Notes: generated by a model not told the origin, from the letters alone. Counted from the stretch's first letter, positions 1-10,661 are shown. The stretch is DNA of 64,000 bases from Anaerolineae bacterium (GCA_027494055.1 JAOSJO010000024.1:40219-104218), one strand, 5' to 3'. Translations and numbers: made by a program.

Positions 1-99
1 TTTGACCACGTACCCCTGCGGCGCAAGAATCAGGTCAACCAGGTCGATGATTTCCTCGTCGTCGTCGATAATGCACACCGTGCGTGGTTCCAAGATCAT
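1..99 (-). CDS. Response regulator receiver protein (partial, runs off the window edge)
   Basis: Manual translation from ATG at 99: MILEPRTVCIIDDDEEIIDLVDLILAPQGYVVK, a typical receiver N-terminus (VCIIDDD). Confidence 0.75.
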   Translation of the reverse strand, partial: MILEPRTVCIIDDDEEIIDLVDLILAPQGYVVK

Positions 100-193
100 G
101 CTCCAGGGCGGCGTTGAAAGCAGTTGTTCACTTTGTGATTGTACTCGCACCGGGGATGTTGGGCGAACCGGGAAAGCGGCGCGCGCGGGCGGC

Positions 194-721
194 CTAGCGC
201 TGGCGGCGCGCTTCTTCGAGGTCGCGCGTCAACTGGGCCAGCCGCCGGTGCAGGTGCGCGTTCTCGGCTTCGAGGTCGATGCAGCGCTGCGAAAGCTCGG
301 CGAAGTCCTCGGCCTGGCGATGACGGCGGCAGAGATCGCGCACGCAGTCGCCCAGCCGGCCGGCGCGCACGACGCTGAAGTGGACGCACTCAACCGCCCC
401 CATGTCGTCGAGGAGCGGGTAGCATTGCCGGCGTTCGGCAGGCGGCATGAGGATGAGCACCGGTTTCTCGATGAGCGCGGCGCGCAGCCGGTAAAGTATG
501 TCGATATTGCTGTCGCGCTGCGTCGCGTCGCTGCCGCCGCAGAGAAGAATCAGGTCAACGTGACGTTCACCGGCGCGCGCCAGGCTGCTGTCGAGATCGG
601 GCGCGATCTGCATGACCAGGTCAGGGGTGATGAACTGCTGGAGCGCGGCGTAGGTGGCCTGCGCCCGCTTTGGGTCTTCGCAGACGATCAAGATCGCGCT
701 GCGCGCTTCGGCTTTGTTCAT
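194..721 (-). CDS. Atypical receiver-like domain protein with C-terminal coiled coil
   Basis: ILIVCED...HVDLILLCGG...KPVLILM receiver-like pattern; heptad-rich C-terminus. Confidence 0.55.
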   Translation of the reverse strand: MNKAEARSAILIVCEDPKRAQATYAALQQFITPDLVMQIAPDLDSSLARAGERHVDLILLCGGSDATQRDSNIDILYRLRAALIEKPVLILMPPAERRQCYPLLDDMGAVECVHFSVVRAGRLGDCVRDLCRRHRQAEDFAELSQRCIDLEAENAHLHRRLAQLTRDLEEARRQR

Positions 722-957
722 CCCGTCGGCCCATACACCTGAATAGCCGCGTGCGGTGGTTACTGATCCGTGTCAGAGGGAGGGCGTTCGTGTAAGTGGC
801 GATCTTCCCCACCTGCAATTATAGCACTCAGCCGCCGCGTTGGGCCGTGACCATGGTCCGGGAAGGCGTCGCGCGGGCGTTTTTGCGGTCCGGGATGGGA
901 GGCCCTATAATCTGCGCTTGACCTCGTGCCGGGGGCTGGGGCCAGGAGGCAAAGCGC

Positions 958-1227
958 GTGCGAAAACTTCTAATGTTCTTGTGGGGGCTGGTCACCGGGC
1001 TTGGCGTGGGCATCGTCACGGCGCAGGTGGTTGCGCCGATGTCGGGCAAGGCGCTGGCCGACGAGGCCCAGGCGCGGCTCGAAGCGCTCAAAGAGGAGGC
1101 GCGGCGCGCTTCAGAGGCGCGCCAGGCTGAGCTGCAGGCGCAGCTTAGCGCGCTGACCGGCGGCGCAATCACACTCGACGCCCAGGCGCCGGCGGGAACC
1201 GGCGTCGATGCGGCAACCTCGAACTGA
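958..1227 (+). CDS. YtxH-like small membrane/gas-vesicle-type protein
   Basis: FLWGLVTGLGVG..VVAPMSGKAL YtxH-like motif followed by helical charged tail; AGGAGG RBS. Confidence 0.65.
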   Translation: MRKLLMFLWGLVTGLGVGIVTAQVVAPMSGKALADEAQARLEALKEEARRASEARQAELQAQLSALTGGAITLDAQAPAGTGVDAATSN

Positions 1228-1280
1228 CGCGCAGACCCTGATCTGAACCCAAACGGACTAACCGCGAACCGCCCGCGCGC

Positions 1281-1574
1281 TTAATCGTCAACGCGGGCGA
1301 TGCTGTTCCGGTTGCGGTCCCTCTGGAGCCGCTCGTTAAGCTCCTTGCGCCCAAACAGCGGCGTCGGTTCTGCGGCGCTGTTGTCGCTCTCGGCGGATTC
1401 CCCGCCCGCCGCCGCATCCCCCACGACCGCGATCTGGCTGATGAGGCGCTGCACCTCGGCGCTGCCGCACGTGGGGCACGCCGGACTCTCCGCCGCCTCG
1501 GCGGCGCGGATCGAGCGGTACAGGCGGCTGAAGACTTCTCCGCAAGCGTTGCAGCGATACTCGTAAATCGGCAT
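1281..1574 (-). CDS. FmdB family zinc-ribbon regulatory protein
   Basis: MPIYEYRCNACG...CPTCGS..VQRLIS signature. Confidence 0.9.
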   Translation of the reverse strand: MPIYEYRCNACGEVFSRLYRSIRAAEAAESPACPTCGSAEVQRLISQIAVVGDAAAGGESAESDNSAAEPTPLFGRKELNERLQRDRNRNSIARVDD

Positions 1575-1646
1575 AGGCTGGCTTCTCGGTTTCTCTGTCG
1601 CTTCCGGTATCTCACCAGTACGTATTATAACAAGGTCCGCGCCGCG

Positions 1647-3292
1647 TCAAGGCGCTTCGAGCGGCAGCGCATAACACGGCCCTTGGGTCGCGGTATACCA
1701 CGACGCGATCCAACCGCGCGCGCCGCCGTAATCGATGCGCCACCACCCCCTGCCATTCTCAAGGGTGCGCCCCAACACCTCGACCGTCGCCGGCCGCTTG
1801 AGCGTGCCCAGGATCTGGTATGTGGTGCCCGGACCGGCGCGCACGTTGAGGTCGGCAGTGATGCTGGCGCGGCACGGCCCGGCGGGCGTCGGCTCTGCGG
1901 TGGGCGTCACTGGCGCTGCGGGCGGCGCGGCGGGGAGGGTCGCCGGTTGTGGGTCGCGGCGGCGGTCGGCGAAACGTCGCGGCGCGCCAGCAGGTCTGCC
2001 GGGCGCGCGCGCAGCATGAGCGCCGGCTCTGGCGGGCCGAAGGTGGCGTCGGCGGGCATCCCCGGCTTGAGTGCGAGGTCCGGGTTGGCGAGCCATATCG
2101 CGACCGCAAAGACCACGTTGGCGCGCTCGTCGCGCGTGGTGACGTTGCGCGGCGTGTACTCGGCCTCGTCCGCGACGCGCCGCACCACGCCCCGGAATGT
2201 CTGGCCGGGGAAGCTATCCACGGCCACGGTGACGGCCTGCCCCTGCGTCACGCGGCCCAGGTCGGGCGAGGGGATGTACACCGTGAGCGTGAGCTGGCTC
2301 AGGTCGGCAAGCGACAGGATGGGCGCGCCGGCGGCGACGGTCTCGCCAGGGTGCGCCAGGCGCTCGATCACGATGCCGTCGAGCGGGCTTTCGATGTCAT
2401 ACAGCGTCAGTTGGGAGTGGTAGGCGTCCGCCTGGGCCGCCACGAAGGCCAGGTTCGCGCGCGCAACGTTGATCTCCTCCGGCGTCGGGCCGGCGAGCAG
2501 GTCGTCGAGTTCGGCCTGCGCTACGGCAACCGCCTGCGCCGCAAGCCGATACGCGCCTTCGGCCTGGTTCGCCTGGGCGACGAGGTGCAGCGGGTTGTTG
2601 ATGATCGCGCGCAACTGCCCGACGAGCGTATAGGCGGCGTTGCGGTCGGCCTCGGCGGCGGCGAGGGCTTCACACGCGGCGGCAAGTTGGTAGTCGAGGA
2701 CGGTGCGGCGCGTGGGGTCCACGTCGCCGCTGACGCCGTTACTCTCCAGCTCCAGCCGCGCGAGGTCGGCACTGGTCTTCTCCACGCCCTGGTCGGCAAG
2801 GCGCGCCTGGGCGTTGGCCTGGGCGAGCTTCGTGTTCAGGTCTTGCGGGTTTTCGACCATTGCCAGCGCGTTCTGCCGCTGCGCGTAAGCGCCCTCGGCG
2901 TCTGACTGGGCGCGGGCGAGCGCGGCGCGGGCGGCGCGCACTTCTTCTTCACGCGGCCCGGCGAGCAGCAGGTCGAGTTCCGCCTGCGCGGCGGCGACCT
3001 CCGCCTCGGCCTCGGCGAGCTGGGCCGCGACGGCGGCGCTGTCGAGCGTCACGAGGCGCTGGCCGCGCCGCACCCGCGCACCCTCCTCCACGTGGATCGC
3101 CTCCACCTCCCCGCCGAACTCGTGCGCCAGGCGCACCACGGTCGCCTCGATGACGCCGGAGGCCGTCAGCGGCGGGGCGCTGGTTGCGGCCTGGTCTTGA
3201 GGCGCGACCGGGAGCAACGGCACGGCAAAGCCCGCGACGGCCAGGCACGCCGCCACCGCCAGAACAACGCCGAACGCGCACCGCCGCTTCAT
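1647..3292 (-). CDS. HlyD-family efflux periplasmic adaptor with C-terminal SH3b-like domain (frameshift near 1950-1980)
   Basis: ASGVIEA..GGEVEAIHVEEG..VRRGQ, IESPLDG, AEYTPRNVTTRDER, LKPGMPADATF; Pro/Thr linker then LNVRAGPGTTYQILG..WWRI..GWIA in another frame. Confidence 0.8.
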
Positions 3293-4757
3293 GGCGTCAG
3301 TGTCACCTCCCCGACCATGCCCGGCTTGATGATCCCCGCCACGTCGCCCTGCAGCGCGATGTCCACGGCGAAGACCAGGTTGACGCGCTCGTCGCGGGTG
3401 CTGACGTTGCGCGGCGTGAATTCGGCCTGCTCGCCGATGCGGCTGACGCTGCCGGAGAACGTCCTGTCGGGCCAGGCGTCCACCGTGACGGTCACCGGCG
3501 CGCCGACCACGAAGCTGCCGAGGTCGGTTTCCTGCACGTAGGCCACCATGCGCATGGCGCGCGTGTCCGCGAGCGTGAGCAGGGCGGCGTTCGGCGCGGC
3601 CAGCTCGCCGGGGTGGAGGATCGTTTCCGTGACGATGCAATCGCACGGCGAGACGATCACCGCCTGATCGCGCTGGAGCAACAGGCGCGATAGCGCCGCC
3701 TCTGCGCGGTCAACCTGCGCCTGCACGGCGGCGATCTGCTCCGGCGTCGCGCCGGCCTCCAGCCCATCGACGTAAGCCTGCGCGATCTCGACCTGCGCGC
3801 TGGTCCGGGCGACCGCCGCCTGCGCCGCCTCGACCTGGGCGCGCACTTCCAGCGGGTCGTTGGCGTGCTGCGTGGCGCGCCAGGCGTAGCTCTGGATGCC
3901 CTCCAGGCTGGCCTGTGCGCTGTTGACGCCGATCCAGCTCTGCCAGTAGTTGTTCGGCATCAGGTGCGCGTCGAAGGGCAGGTCTTCCACGCGCGCGCTC
4001 ACGGTGTACTGCCCGTTTTGCAGCCGGATCGTGAGGTTCTGGTAGTGGTACGTGCCGTCGCCGGCGTTCCAGATCTCTTCGGGGATCGCGCCTGCCAACT
4101 CCTCCGGGATCAACTCCTGCAGGTTGCCGCTGCGCACCTCGACGTTGAAGGGCAGCGCCTCGCGCGCCTCGTAGAAGCGACCCTGCGCGAACTCGGCGGC
4201 GTCTTTGATCGCGGTGGCCTGGTTCACGCGGTGCTGCGCGCCGGCGACCTGCGCATAGGCGACGGCGGCTTCCATTTCGAGAAGCTGCGGGTCGTTGAGG
4301 TAGGCCTCGGCGTCGGCCTGCGCCGCGAGCGCGACTTCATGCGCCGTCTGCGCCTGCTCAGCTGCGCCTCGGCGGCCTGGATCGCGCCGGGGCGCGCGCC
4401 GGCCTGGACCTGGGCCAGCACCGCGCGCGCCAGATCGACGGCGGCCTGCGCGGCAGCGACCTGCGCGTCGAGCAGCGTCGTGTCGAGTTCGACGACCACC
4501 TGCCCGGCCCGGACCTCGTCGCCGGCGGCGACGTGCACGGCCTGCACCCGCCCGCCGAGCGCGGTCGAAACCTGGAGGGTGTCGGCGCGGACCACGCCGC
4601 TGGCGGCGCTGGCCGGGGCTTCGCCCTCGTTGTCCAGGATTGTGCGCACCAGCGCCGGCGCGTCGATGCCGTAGCGCGGGCCGAGCAGCCACACGAACAG
4701 GAACGCCGCCGCCAAGCCGACGATCAGGTATACCAGAAACCGCCTCGATCCTCTCAT
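3289..4757 (-). CDS. HlyD-family efflux periplasmic adaptor (frameshift near 4355)
   Basis: N-terminal TM helix, ASGVVRA..GGRVQAVHV..GDEV, long helical hairpin, AEFTPRNVSTRDER, IKPGMVGEV. Confidence 0.85.
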
Positions 4758-4805
4758 GACCGCTAACCTCTGCTACCTATTTGCCTTCCTCGTGCGCCGC
4801 GCGCT

Positions 4806-5822
4806 TCACGCCCCTGCCGCGCCCGCCTGGGACTGGCGGCGCTGTTCGCGGCGCACGAGGGAGATGAACACGTCTTCCAGCGAGGGCTGCACCCATTCGA
4901 ACGCGCGCGCGTTGACCCCCGCGCCCGCGAGCGCGCGCCGGACGGCGGGGCGGATGTCGTCACCGACCGAGACGACCGCGTGCACCAGCGCGCCGTAGAG
5001 CGACACCTCGGCCAGGGGGAGCGCGCTCCCCGCCAGCGCGCGGATGGCGTCCTCCGGCGCGTCGCACGTGATTTCGAGCACGCGGCCCTCCATCGCCTCC
5101 TCTTTGAGCGCGCCCGGCGTGCCTGACGCCACGATGCGCCCCGCGCTGATGAAGGCGATGCGCTGGCAGTGTTCGGCCTCGTCCATGTAGTGCGTGGTGA
5201 CGAACACCGTCACGCCCTGGTGCGCCAGCGCGAAGATCAGCTCCCAGAACTCGCGGCGCGAGATCGGGTCCACGCCGGATGTCGGCTCGTCGAGGAAGAC
5301 CAGCCGGGGCTGGTGGATGATCGCGCAGCCCAGCGCGAGGCGCTGCTTCCAGCCGCCGCTCAGCCGCCCGGTGATCTCGTCCTCGCGCCCGCGCAGCCCC
5401 GCCATCTCGATGATCTCCGCCTCGCGACGGCGCAGCGTGCGCCGGTCAAGGCCATACGCCTGCCCGTAGAAGCGGATGTTCTCGGCGGCGGTGAGGTTCG
5501 GGTACAGCGTGAACAACTGCGACATGTACCCGGTCTTCCGGTGCATCTGCTTGGCCTCGCGCGGGATGTTGTGGCCGAGCACGCGCGCCGTCCCGCCGGA
5601 GGGGGCCAGCAGGCCCAGCAACAATCGGATCGTGGTCGTCTTGCCCGCGCCGTTGTGGCCCAGGAAGCCGAAGATTTCGCCCGCGCCCACGTCGAAGGTC
5701 ACCCGGTCCACCGCCGTGAACCTCCCAAAGGTCTTGGTCAGGTCGCGCACCTCGATAGCCGGTGCACCGTCAGCGGGTCGCTTCCGGGAGGCTGTTCCCG
5801 GCCTGTCAACTTGTGCCATCAC
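4806..5822 (-). CDS. ABC transporter ATP-binding protein (YbhF/DrrA-like)
   Basis: Walker A GHNGAGKTT, LSGGWKQR signature, Walker B VFLDEP. Confidence 0.95.
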   Translation of the reverse strand: MMAQVDRPGTASRKRPADGAPAIEVRDLTKTFGRFTAVDRVTFDVGAGEIFGFLGHNGAGKTTTIRLLLGLLAPSGGTARVLGHNIPREAKQMHRKTGYMSQLFTLYPNLTAAENIRFYGQAYGLDRRTLRRREAEIIEMAGLRGREDEITGRLSGGWKQRLALGCAIIHQPRLVFLDEPTSGVDPISRREFWELIFALAHQGVTVFVTTHYMDEAEHCQRIAFISAGRIVASGTPGALKEEAMEGRVLEITCDAPEDAIRALAGSALPLAEVSLYGALVHAVVSVGDDIRPAVRRALAGAGVNARAFEWVQPSLEDVFISLVRREQRRQSQAGAAGA

Positions 5823-6790
5823 GCCGCGCGCTCCTTGCGGATCAACGACACGAAGGCGTGTTCCAGGCGCGGCGCGATCGGGCGCACGCCGCTGACCCCC
5901 ACGCCCTGCGCGCGCAGCCCCTCCACGATGCCCCGCGCGCGCGCCGGCGCGCTGTCCACGAAGAGGTGGAGCAGGTCGCCGGAGGTCTGCACCTCGATCA
6001 CGCCGGGCAGCCGCCCGGCCATCGCCTTGGCGCGCTTGAAGTCAGAGGGGCGCAGCTCGATGACCTCGCCGGGGACCTGCTGCGTGATCGCGCGCGGCGC
6101 GCCGACGGCGACCAGCCGCCCCTCGAACATCAGCCCCACGCGGTTGCAGCGCTCGGCCTCGTCCATGTAGGGCGTCGTGACCAGGATCGTGAGGCCCTTC
6201 TCGACGCGCAGCCGGGTGAGGATGTCCCAGAACTCGCGGCGCGCCACCGGATCGACGCCGGTGCTCGGCTCGTCCATGAAGACGGCTTCCGGCTCGTGCA
6301 CGAGCATGCACGCCAGCGCGAGCTTCTTCTGCATCCCGCCGCTGAGGCGCTGGCTCTGCCGCCCGGTGAAGGCGCTCAGCCCGGCGAACTCCAGCAGGCG
6401 CGAGATGCGCGCCGCGCGCGTGGCGCGGCTGAGGTTGTGCAGGTTGGCGAAGAAGGCGATGTTCTCCGCGACGGTCAGCTCCGGGAACATGCCGAACTGC
6501 TGCGCCATGTAGCCGATGCGTTCCCGGATGCGGAGCGCGTCTTTCGCCACGTCGTAGCCAAGCACCTGCGCGCGCCCGGCGGTCGGCGCCAGCAGCCCGA
6601 CGAGCAGGCGCAGCACGGTCGTCTTGCCGGCCCCGTCCGGCCCGACCAGGCCAAACGTCTCGCCCGGCGCGATCTCCAGCGAGAGGTCGCGCACGGCGGG
6701 CGTCCTGCCTTGCCGGGTGGCGAAGGTCTTGGAAAGGCCCTCGGCGCGGATGGCGGGGCCGTCTCTGGATGGTCGATACCTGTCAGCCAT
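5819..6790 (-). CDS. ABC transporter ATP-binding protein
   Basis: GPDGAGKTT, LSGGMQKK, VFMDEP. Confidence 0.95.
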   Translation of the reverse strand: MADRYRPSRDGPAIRAEGLSKTFATRQGRTPAVRDLSLEIAPGETFGLVGPDGAGKTTVLRLLVGLLAPTAGRAQVLGYDVAKDALRIRERIGYMAQQFGMFPELTVAENIAFFANLHNLSRATRAARISRLLEFAGLSAFTGRQSQRLSGGMQKKLALACMLVHEPEAVFMDEPSTGVDPVARREFWDILTRLRVEKGLTILVTTPYMDEAERCNRVGLMFEGRLVAVGAPRAITQQVPGEVIELRPSDFKRAKAMAGRLPGVIEVQTSGDLLHLFVDSAPARARGIVEGLRAQGVGVSGVRPIAPRLEHAFVSLIRKERAA

Positions 6791-6813
6791 CGTCCGTCAA
6801 CTTGCAGATCGTG

Positions 6814-6882
6814 AACCACAGAGACACGGAGCACACAGAGGTAACGCACAAATAGCTCCGTGCTCTCTGTGCCTCTGTGGTT
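6814..6882. repeat. REP-like intergenic inverted repeat (ACCACAGAG...CTCTGTGGT type)
   Basis: aaccacagagacacggagcacacagag ... ctccgtgctctctgtgcctctgtggtt; half copy at 61521. Confidence 0.7.
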
Positions 6883-6930
6883 TCATATTCGCTACCCAAC
6901 CCCAACTCGCCACGCCTCCCGCCGCCGACC

Positions 6931-7786
6931 TCACTTCTTGCGCGCGACCACGCCGATCCACTCCGAGTCGGGGTGGTAGGGCGCGCCGGTCAGGTCGCTG
7001 TACAGCGCCTCGACCCGGAACCCGCGCGCCTCCACTGTCGCGGTGATCGCCTCCGCCGTGTAGTAGTGCGTCCAGATGCGGTACTCGCTCACCGCGCCCG
7101 GCTGTTCGATCACGATGTATTGCTCAAGCCCTGTGTCGTGTTCGGGATAGTCGAAGGTCTGGAAGAGGACCAGGTGCGGGCCGGGCTTCCAGAAGCCGTC
7201 GGAGGGCACCACCGTCCAGCGCACCTGCCCGCGAAGGCGGTCGTGATGGCGCGGCGTCGTCACGTCGAAGGCGAAGTAACCGCCGGGGCGCAGCGCGCGG
7301 TGGACGTTGCGCAGCACGGCGTCGCGGTCGGGGTCGCTCAGCACGCACAGGTCGCCGTAGATCAGGCAGGCCGCGTCGAAGCGCGCGACCGCGTCCAGGT
7401 GCAGGTAGTCGTCACAGATGTACGTCGAGACCGGGTCGTGCGCCCGCGCGTACTGGATGGAATTCTCCGAGAGGTCGATCCCGGTGACCTGAACCCCCGC
7501 GCGCCGCGAATCGCGCGCTGTACAGCCCCGGCCCGCACCCCAGGTCCAGCAGATGCGCCCCCGGCTCCAGCGCCAGCCGGTCGATGAGCCACCGCACCGA
7601 CGCCTCGATGGTCTCCGGCTTGCGGCTGGCCGCGTCGGTGTCCGGGTCGAGGTGCGCCTTCAGCATCTGCTGCGCGATGTACGCGTCGTCCCAGAAGCGG
7701 ACCTGGTCCGGCTCGAACCACGGCGGCTTCTGCGCCAGCCGCGCCAGCAGCTCAAGCTGCAACCGCCCGCCTTCGATGATGTTCAT
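6931..7786 (-). CDS. Class I SAM-dependent methyltransferase (frameshifted)
   Basis: FWDDAYIAQQMLKAHLDPDTDAASR, LLDLGCGPGLY SAM motif I, ALRPGGYFAFDV; AGGGAG RBS. Confidence 0.85.
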
Positions 7787-7800
7787 GTGCGCCGTCTCCC

Positions 7801-8925
7801 TCATTCCAGATTCTGTTTGAAGCTTGTCACCGCCAGCAGGAACATCGCCACGCCGTAGACCGCCATAGGCACGATGGACGGCATCAGGTGTTCCATGCCG
7901 ACGCCTTTGATCATGATACCGCGCAGGATTTGCAGGTAATACGTCAGCGGCAGCAGGTAGCCGATGTCGTGGATGATGAGCGGCATCGCCTCGCGCGGGA
8001 AAATGTAGCCCGACAGCACGAGCGAGGGCAGCAGGATCAGGATGGAAAGCTGGTTCGCCTGGTTGTGCGTCGCGGCGACTGTGCTGAGCAGGATGCCCAT
8101 CGACAGCGAGGTGAGGATGAAGATCAGCGTGACGACCCAGAACAGCCCGATACTGCCGTTGAACGGCACCTGGAACCACCACAGCTCCAGGAGCAGCACG
8201 CTCAGCATGTTGACCACCGCGAGAAACAGGTAAGGAACGACCTTGCCGATCATCAACTCGAAGGGGCGGATCGGCGTCACCAGGATTTGCTCCAGCGTGC
8301 CGCGCTCGCGCACGATGGCGAACGTGGTGAGCAGGAGCGCCTGCCATTGCAACACCAGCCCGATGATGGCCGGTAGCATGAAGTTGATCGCGCGCATCGA
8401 CGGGTTGTAGAGCAGGCGCGGGCGCACGTCGATGGGCGAGGTCATCAACGCGCCGATGCCGGCGCGCTCAAGCTGCTCAAAGCTCAGCTCGACCGCGAAG
8501 TTCTGCCCGGCGGCGGTCGCCGCGCTCAACGCCGAGCTGCTGATGGCGGGGTCGGAGCCGTCGATGAGGATGAGGACCTGCGGCGTGGTGCGGCGCGCAA
8601 TCCCGGCGGCGAACCCCGCCTGGATGACCACGCCGGCGCGCGCGTCGCTGCGGTCAATCGCGTCGATGACTTCTTTCTCGCCGGCGACGTAATCAGCGAT
8701 GTCGAAATATCCCGTGTTTTGCAGCGCCTCGATGAAAGCCCGGCTCTGGTTGTCGCGGCTGTAGTCCGCGACCACGGTGGGGAGGTGATCGACCTGGGTC
8801 TCGACCGCGTACCCGAACAGGATGAGCTGCACGACCGGTATCAGAAGCTGGATCATCAACGTGCGCCGGTCGCGGAAGATTTCGATGAACTCCTTTTGCA
8901 TCACCGACCAGATACGTTTCAACAT
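7801..8925 (-). CDS. ABC-2 type transporter permease (YbhS/YbhR-like)
   Basis: KEFIEIFRDRRTL, IDGSDP, YNP, IVRERGTLEQILVTPIRP, LSGYIFP. Confidence 0.95.
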   Translation of the reverse strand: MLKRIWSVMQKEFIEIFRDRRTLMIQLLIPVVQLILFGYAVETQVDHLPTVVADYSRDNQSRAFIEALQNTGYFDIADYVAGEKEVIDAIDRSDARAGVVIQAGFAAGIARRTTPQVLILIDGSDPAISSSALSAATAAGQNFAVELSFEQLERAGIGALMTSPIDVRPRLLYNPSMRAINFMLPAIIGLVLQWQALLLTTFAIVRERGTLEQILVTPIRPFELMIGKVVPYLFLAVVNMLSVLLLELWWFQVPFNGSIGLFWVVTLIFILTSLSMGILLSTVAATHNQANQLSILILLPSLVLSGYIFPREAMPLIIHDIGYLLPLTYYLQILRGIMIKGVGMEHLMPSIVPMAVYGVAMFLLAVTSFKQNLE

Positions 8926-9013
8926 CGCCGTAACAACACCATCTCATGCCTGGCCGCGCCCGACCTGACGGCGCGGCGCGCCGCGCTCATGGCGCGCCTA
9001 TGGCGCGCCGGAT

Positions 9014-9658
9014 TCAGGACCGGCGGAGGCCGGTCCGCCGAGAATGCCCCCACTTGAGCACGTTGACGACCGCCTCGGCCATTGCCTCGGCGCTGTAGCC
9101 ACGCGGGTCTTCGAGCCACCAGATGACAGTCTGGACGATGGCGCCGGTCTGGATCTGGGCGAGCAGTTCCGGCGGGTAGGGCAGGTCGCGCCCGGCCTCG
9201 CTTTCCTCGCGGAGGACCTGCTCAAACGTGCGCGCGGCGTATTCGCGCGCCGCCTGGGTGAGCTGCACCGAACTCCCGCCGCCGAGCATGATGTGGAACA
9301 GGTCGCGATTGGCGTGCGCGTAGTGGAAGATCGCGTGCACCGCCTCGGCGCGCCAGGTGAGCGGGTCGGGCGCGTCTTTGCGGCCGGCGATGATGCTCGC
9401 GGCGAGCGCCTCCAGCCCGTCGAGCACGAGGGCTTTGGTCAGGTCCTCTTTGTCGGTGAAGTGCAGGTAGAACGTGCCCTTGCCGAGGTCGGCGGCCTCG
9501 GTGATGTCGGCGATGGTGGTGGCGTCGAAGCCACGCGCGACGATGACGCGCCGCGCGGCGTCGAGCAGGCGGGCGCGCGTGCGGAGCTTGCGGCGGGTGC
9601 TGCGGTCGATGGCCTGTGCTGGGGCCGCCGACGTGGCTTCGGTTGACTGGCTGGACAT
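9014..9658 (-). CDS. TetR/AcrR family transcriptional regulator
   Basis: TRARLLDAA..GFDATTIADITEAADLGKGTFYLHFTDKEDL helix-turn-helix. Confidence 0.95.
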   Translation of the reverse strand: MSSQSTEATSAAPAQAIDRSTRRKLRTRARLLDAARRVIVARGFDATTIADITEAADLGKGTFYLHFTDKEDLTKALVLDGLEALAASIIAGRKDAPDPLTWRAEAVHAIFHYAHANRDLFHIMLGGGSSVQLTQAAREYAARTFEQVLREESEAGRDLPYPPELLAQIQTGAIVQTVIWWLEDPRGYSAEAMAEAVVNVLKWGHSRRTGLRRS

Positions 9659-9661
9659 AAC

Positions 9662-9711
9662 TGACCTCCTGGTCATAAATGAATCGTAGATTAGTACTGA
9701 CCGCGAGTCAA
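9662..9711 (-). promoter_or_regulatory. Sigma70 promoter with two TGAC-N-GTCA palindromes (putative TetR operators)
   Basis: Minus strand TTGACT(9711-9706)-N17-TACGAT(9688-9683); TGACC-N4-GGTCA at 9662-9675 over the RBS; TGAC-N5-GTCA at 9698-9710 over the -35. Confidence 0.6.
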
Positions 9712-9815
9712 TTGGAATCCGGTTAGAGTTGCGCCGCCCCCCGCGAGGCGGGGGCGCATAGGCAGTCAGGAGATTGTGGGTTTGTTGGGGAATGCGCTGT
9801 GTCAGGATGTGGGGG

Positions 9816-10661
9816 TCAGGGCGTCCGTGTCGCAGCCATGATGACCAGAATCCACTGGCCGGCGACCGCAGCGACGATTTCGGGCGTCCTGCCCACCAGC
9901 GTGACCAGCGCCCCGGACCAGGAATGCAGCAGGACGTGCGGCGACAGGAATGGCGAGGCCGCCATCGCGAGCTTCTCCTCGCGGCGGGTGAGCGCCGCGA
10001 CGAGCAGCGCCAGCCCGATGGGGATGCCGCCCGGCCAGAACGAGGCGTCCCACCACTCGCCGACAGTATTCTCCCAGCGCAAGGGCCAGAGGCCGAAGAG
10101 CGCCAGCGAGAGCAGCATCACCACCGTGAACGGCGCGTACACGCGCACGACCTCGCGCACGCCGCCTTCTCGCCATGCCGCATACAGCCAGTACACGACC
10201 ATCGCCATGCCGATTTGCGGTTTCGTCACGACGAAGAACAGGCCGATTTGGGGCGGCAGCACGAAGCCCAACATCGCCAGCCAGTCGATGTTCGCGTTGA
10301 GCAGACAATGGAGCACTGAGGGGGCCAGCAGGAACACCACCATGCTCGCCGGGCCAGCGCCGAGCCGGTACGCCACGTAGGCAAAGGCAACGAACCCGAT
10401 GCACAAGACGAACGCCCTGCCGAGCGCTTCGGGCAAGAGGGCGAAGGGCAGGAATGGCAGGATCGCCCAGGGCGCGTTGTAATACCCGCTGACGGTATAG
10501 GGCGACCGCCCTTCAAGGATGGCGCGTGAAGCCGGTCGGTAGGTCTTGGTCCAGTCGATGCCGCCCGGCAGCACCGCCGCAATCACGACGACGGCTGCGA
10601 TGCCGACGATCACCAGGAGGGCGATGAGCAGCGCCGACCGGCGGGTAAGCGCTCTGGTCAT
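9816..10661 (-). CDS. GT-C fold polytopic membrane glycosyltransferase (GT87-like)
   Basis: IDWTKTYRPASRAILEGRSPY..YYNAPW..FLPFALLP, NANID, TKPQIG; multiple TM helices. Confidence 0.65.
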   Translation of the reverse strand: MTRALTRRSALLIALLVIVGIAAVVVIAAVLPGGIDWTKTYRPASRAILEGRSPYTVSGYYNAPWAILPFLPFALLPEALGRAFVLCIGFVAFAYVAYRLGAGPASMVVFLLAPSVLHCLLNANIDWLAMLGFVLPPQIGLFFVVTKPQIGMAMVVYWLYAAWREGGVREVVRVYAPFTVVMLLSLALFGLWPLRWENTVGEWWDASFWPGGIPIGLALLVAALTRREEKLAMAASPFLSPHVLLHSWSGALVTLVGRTPEIVAAVAGQWILVIMAATRTP

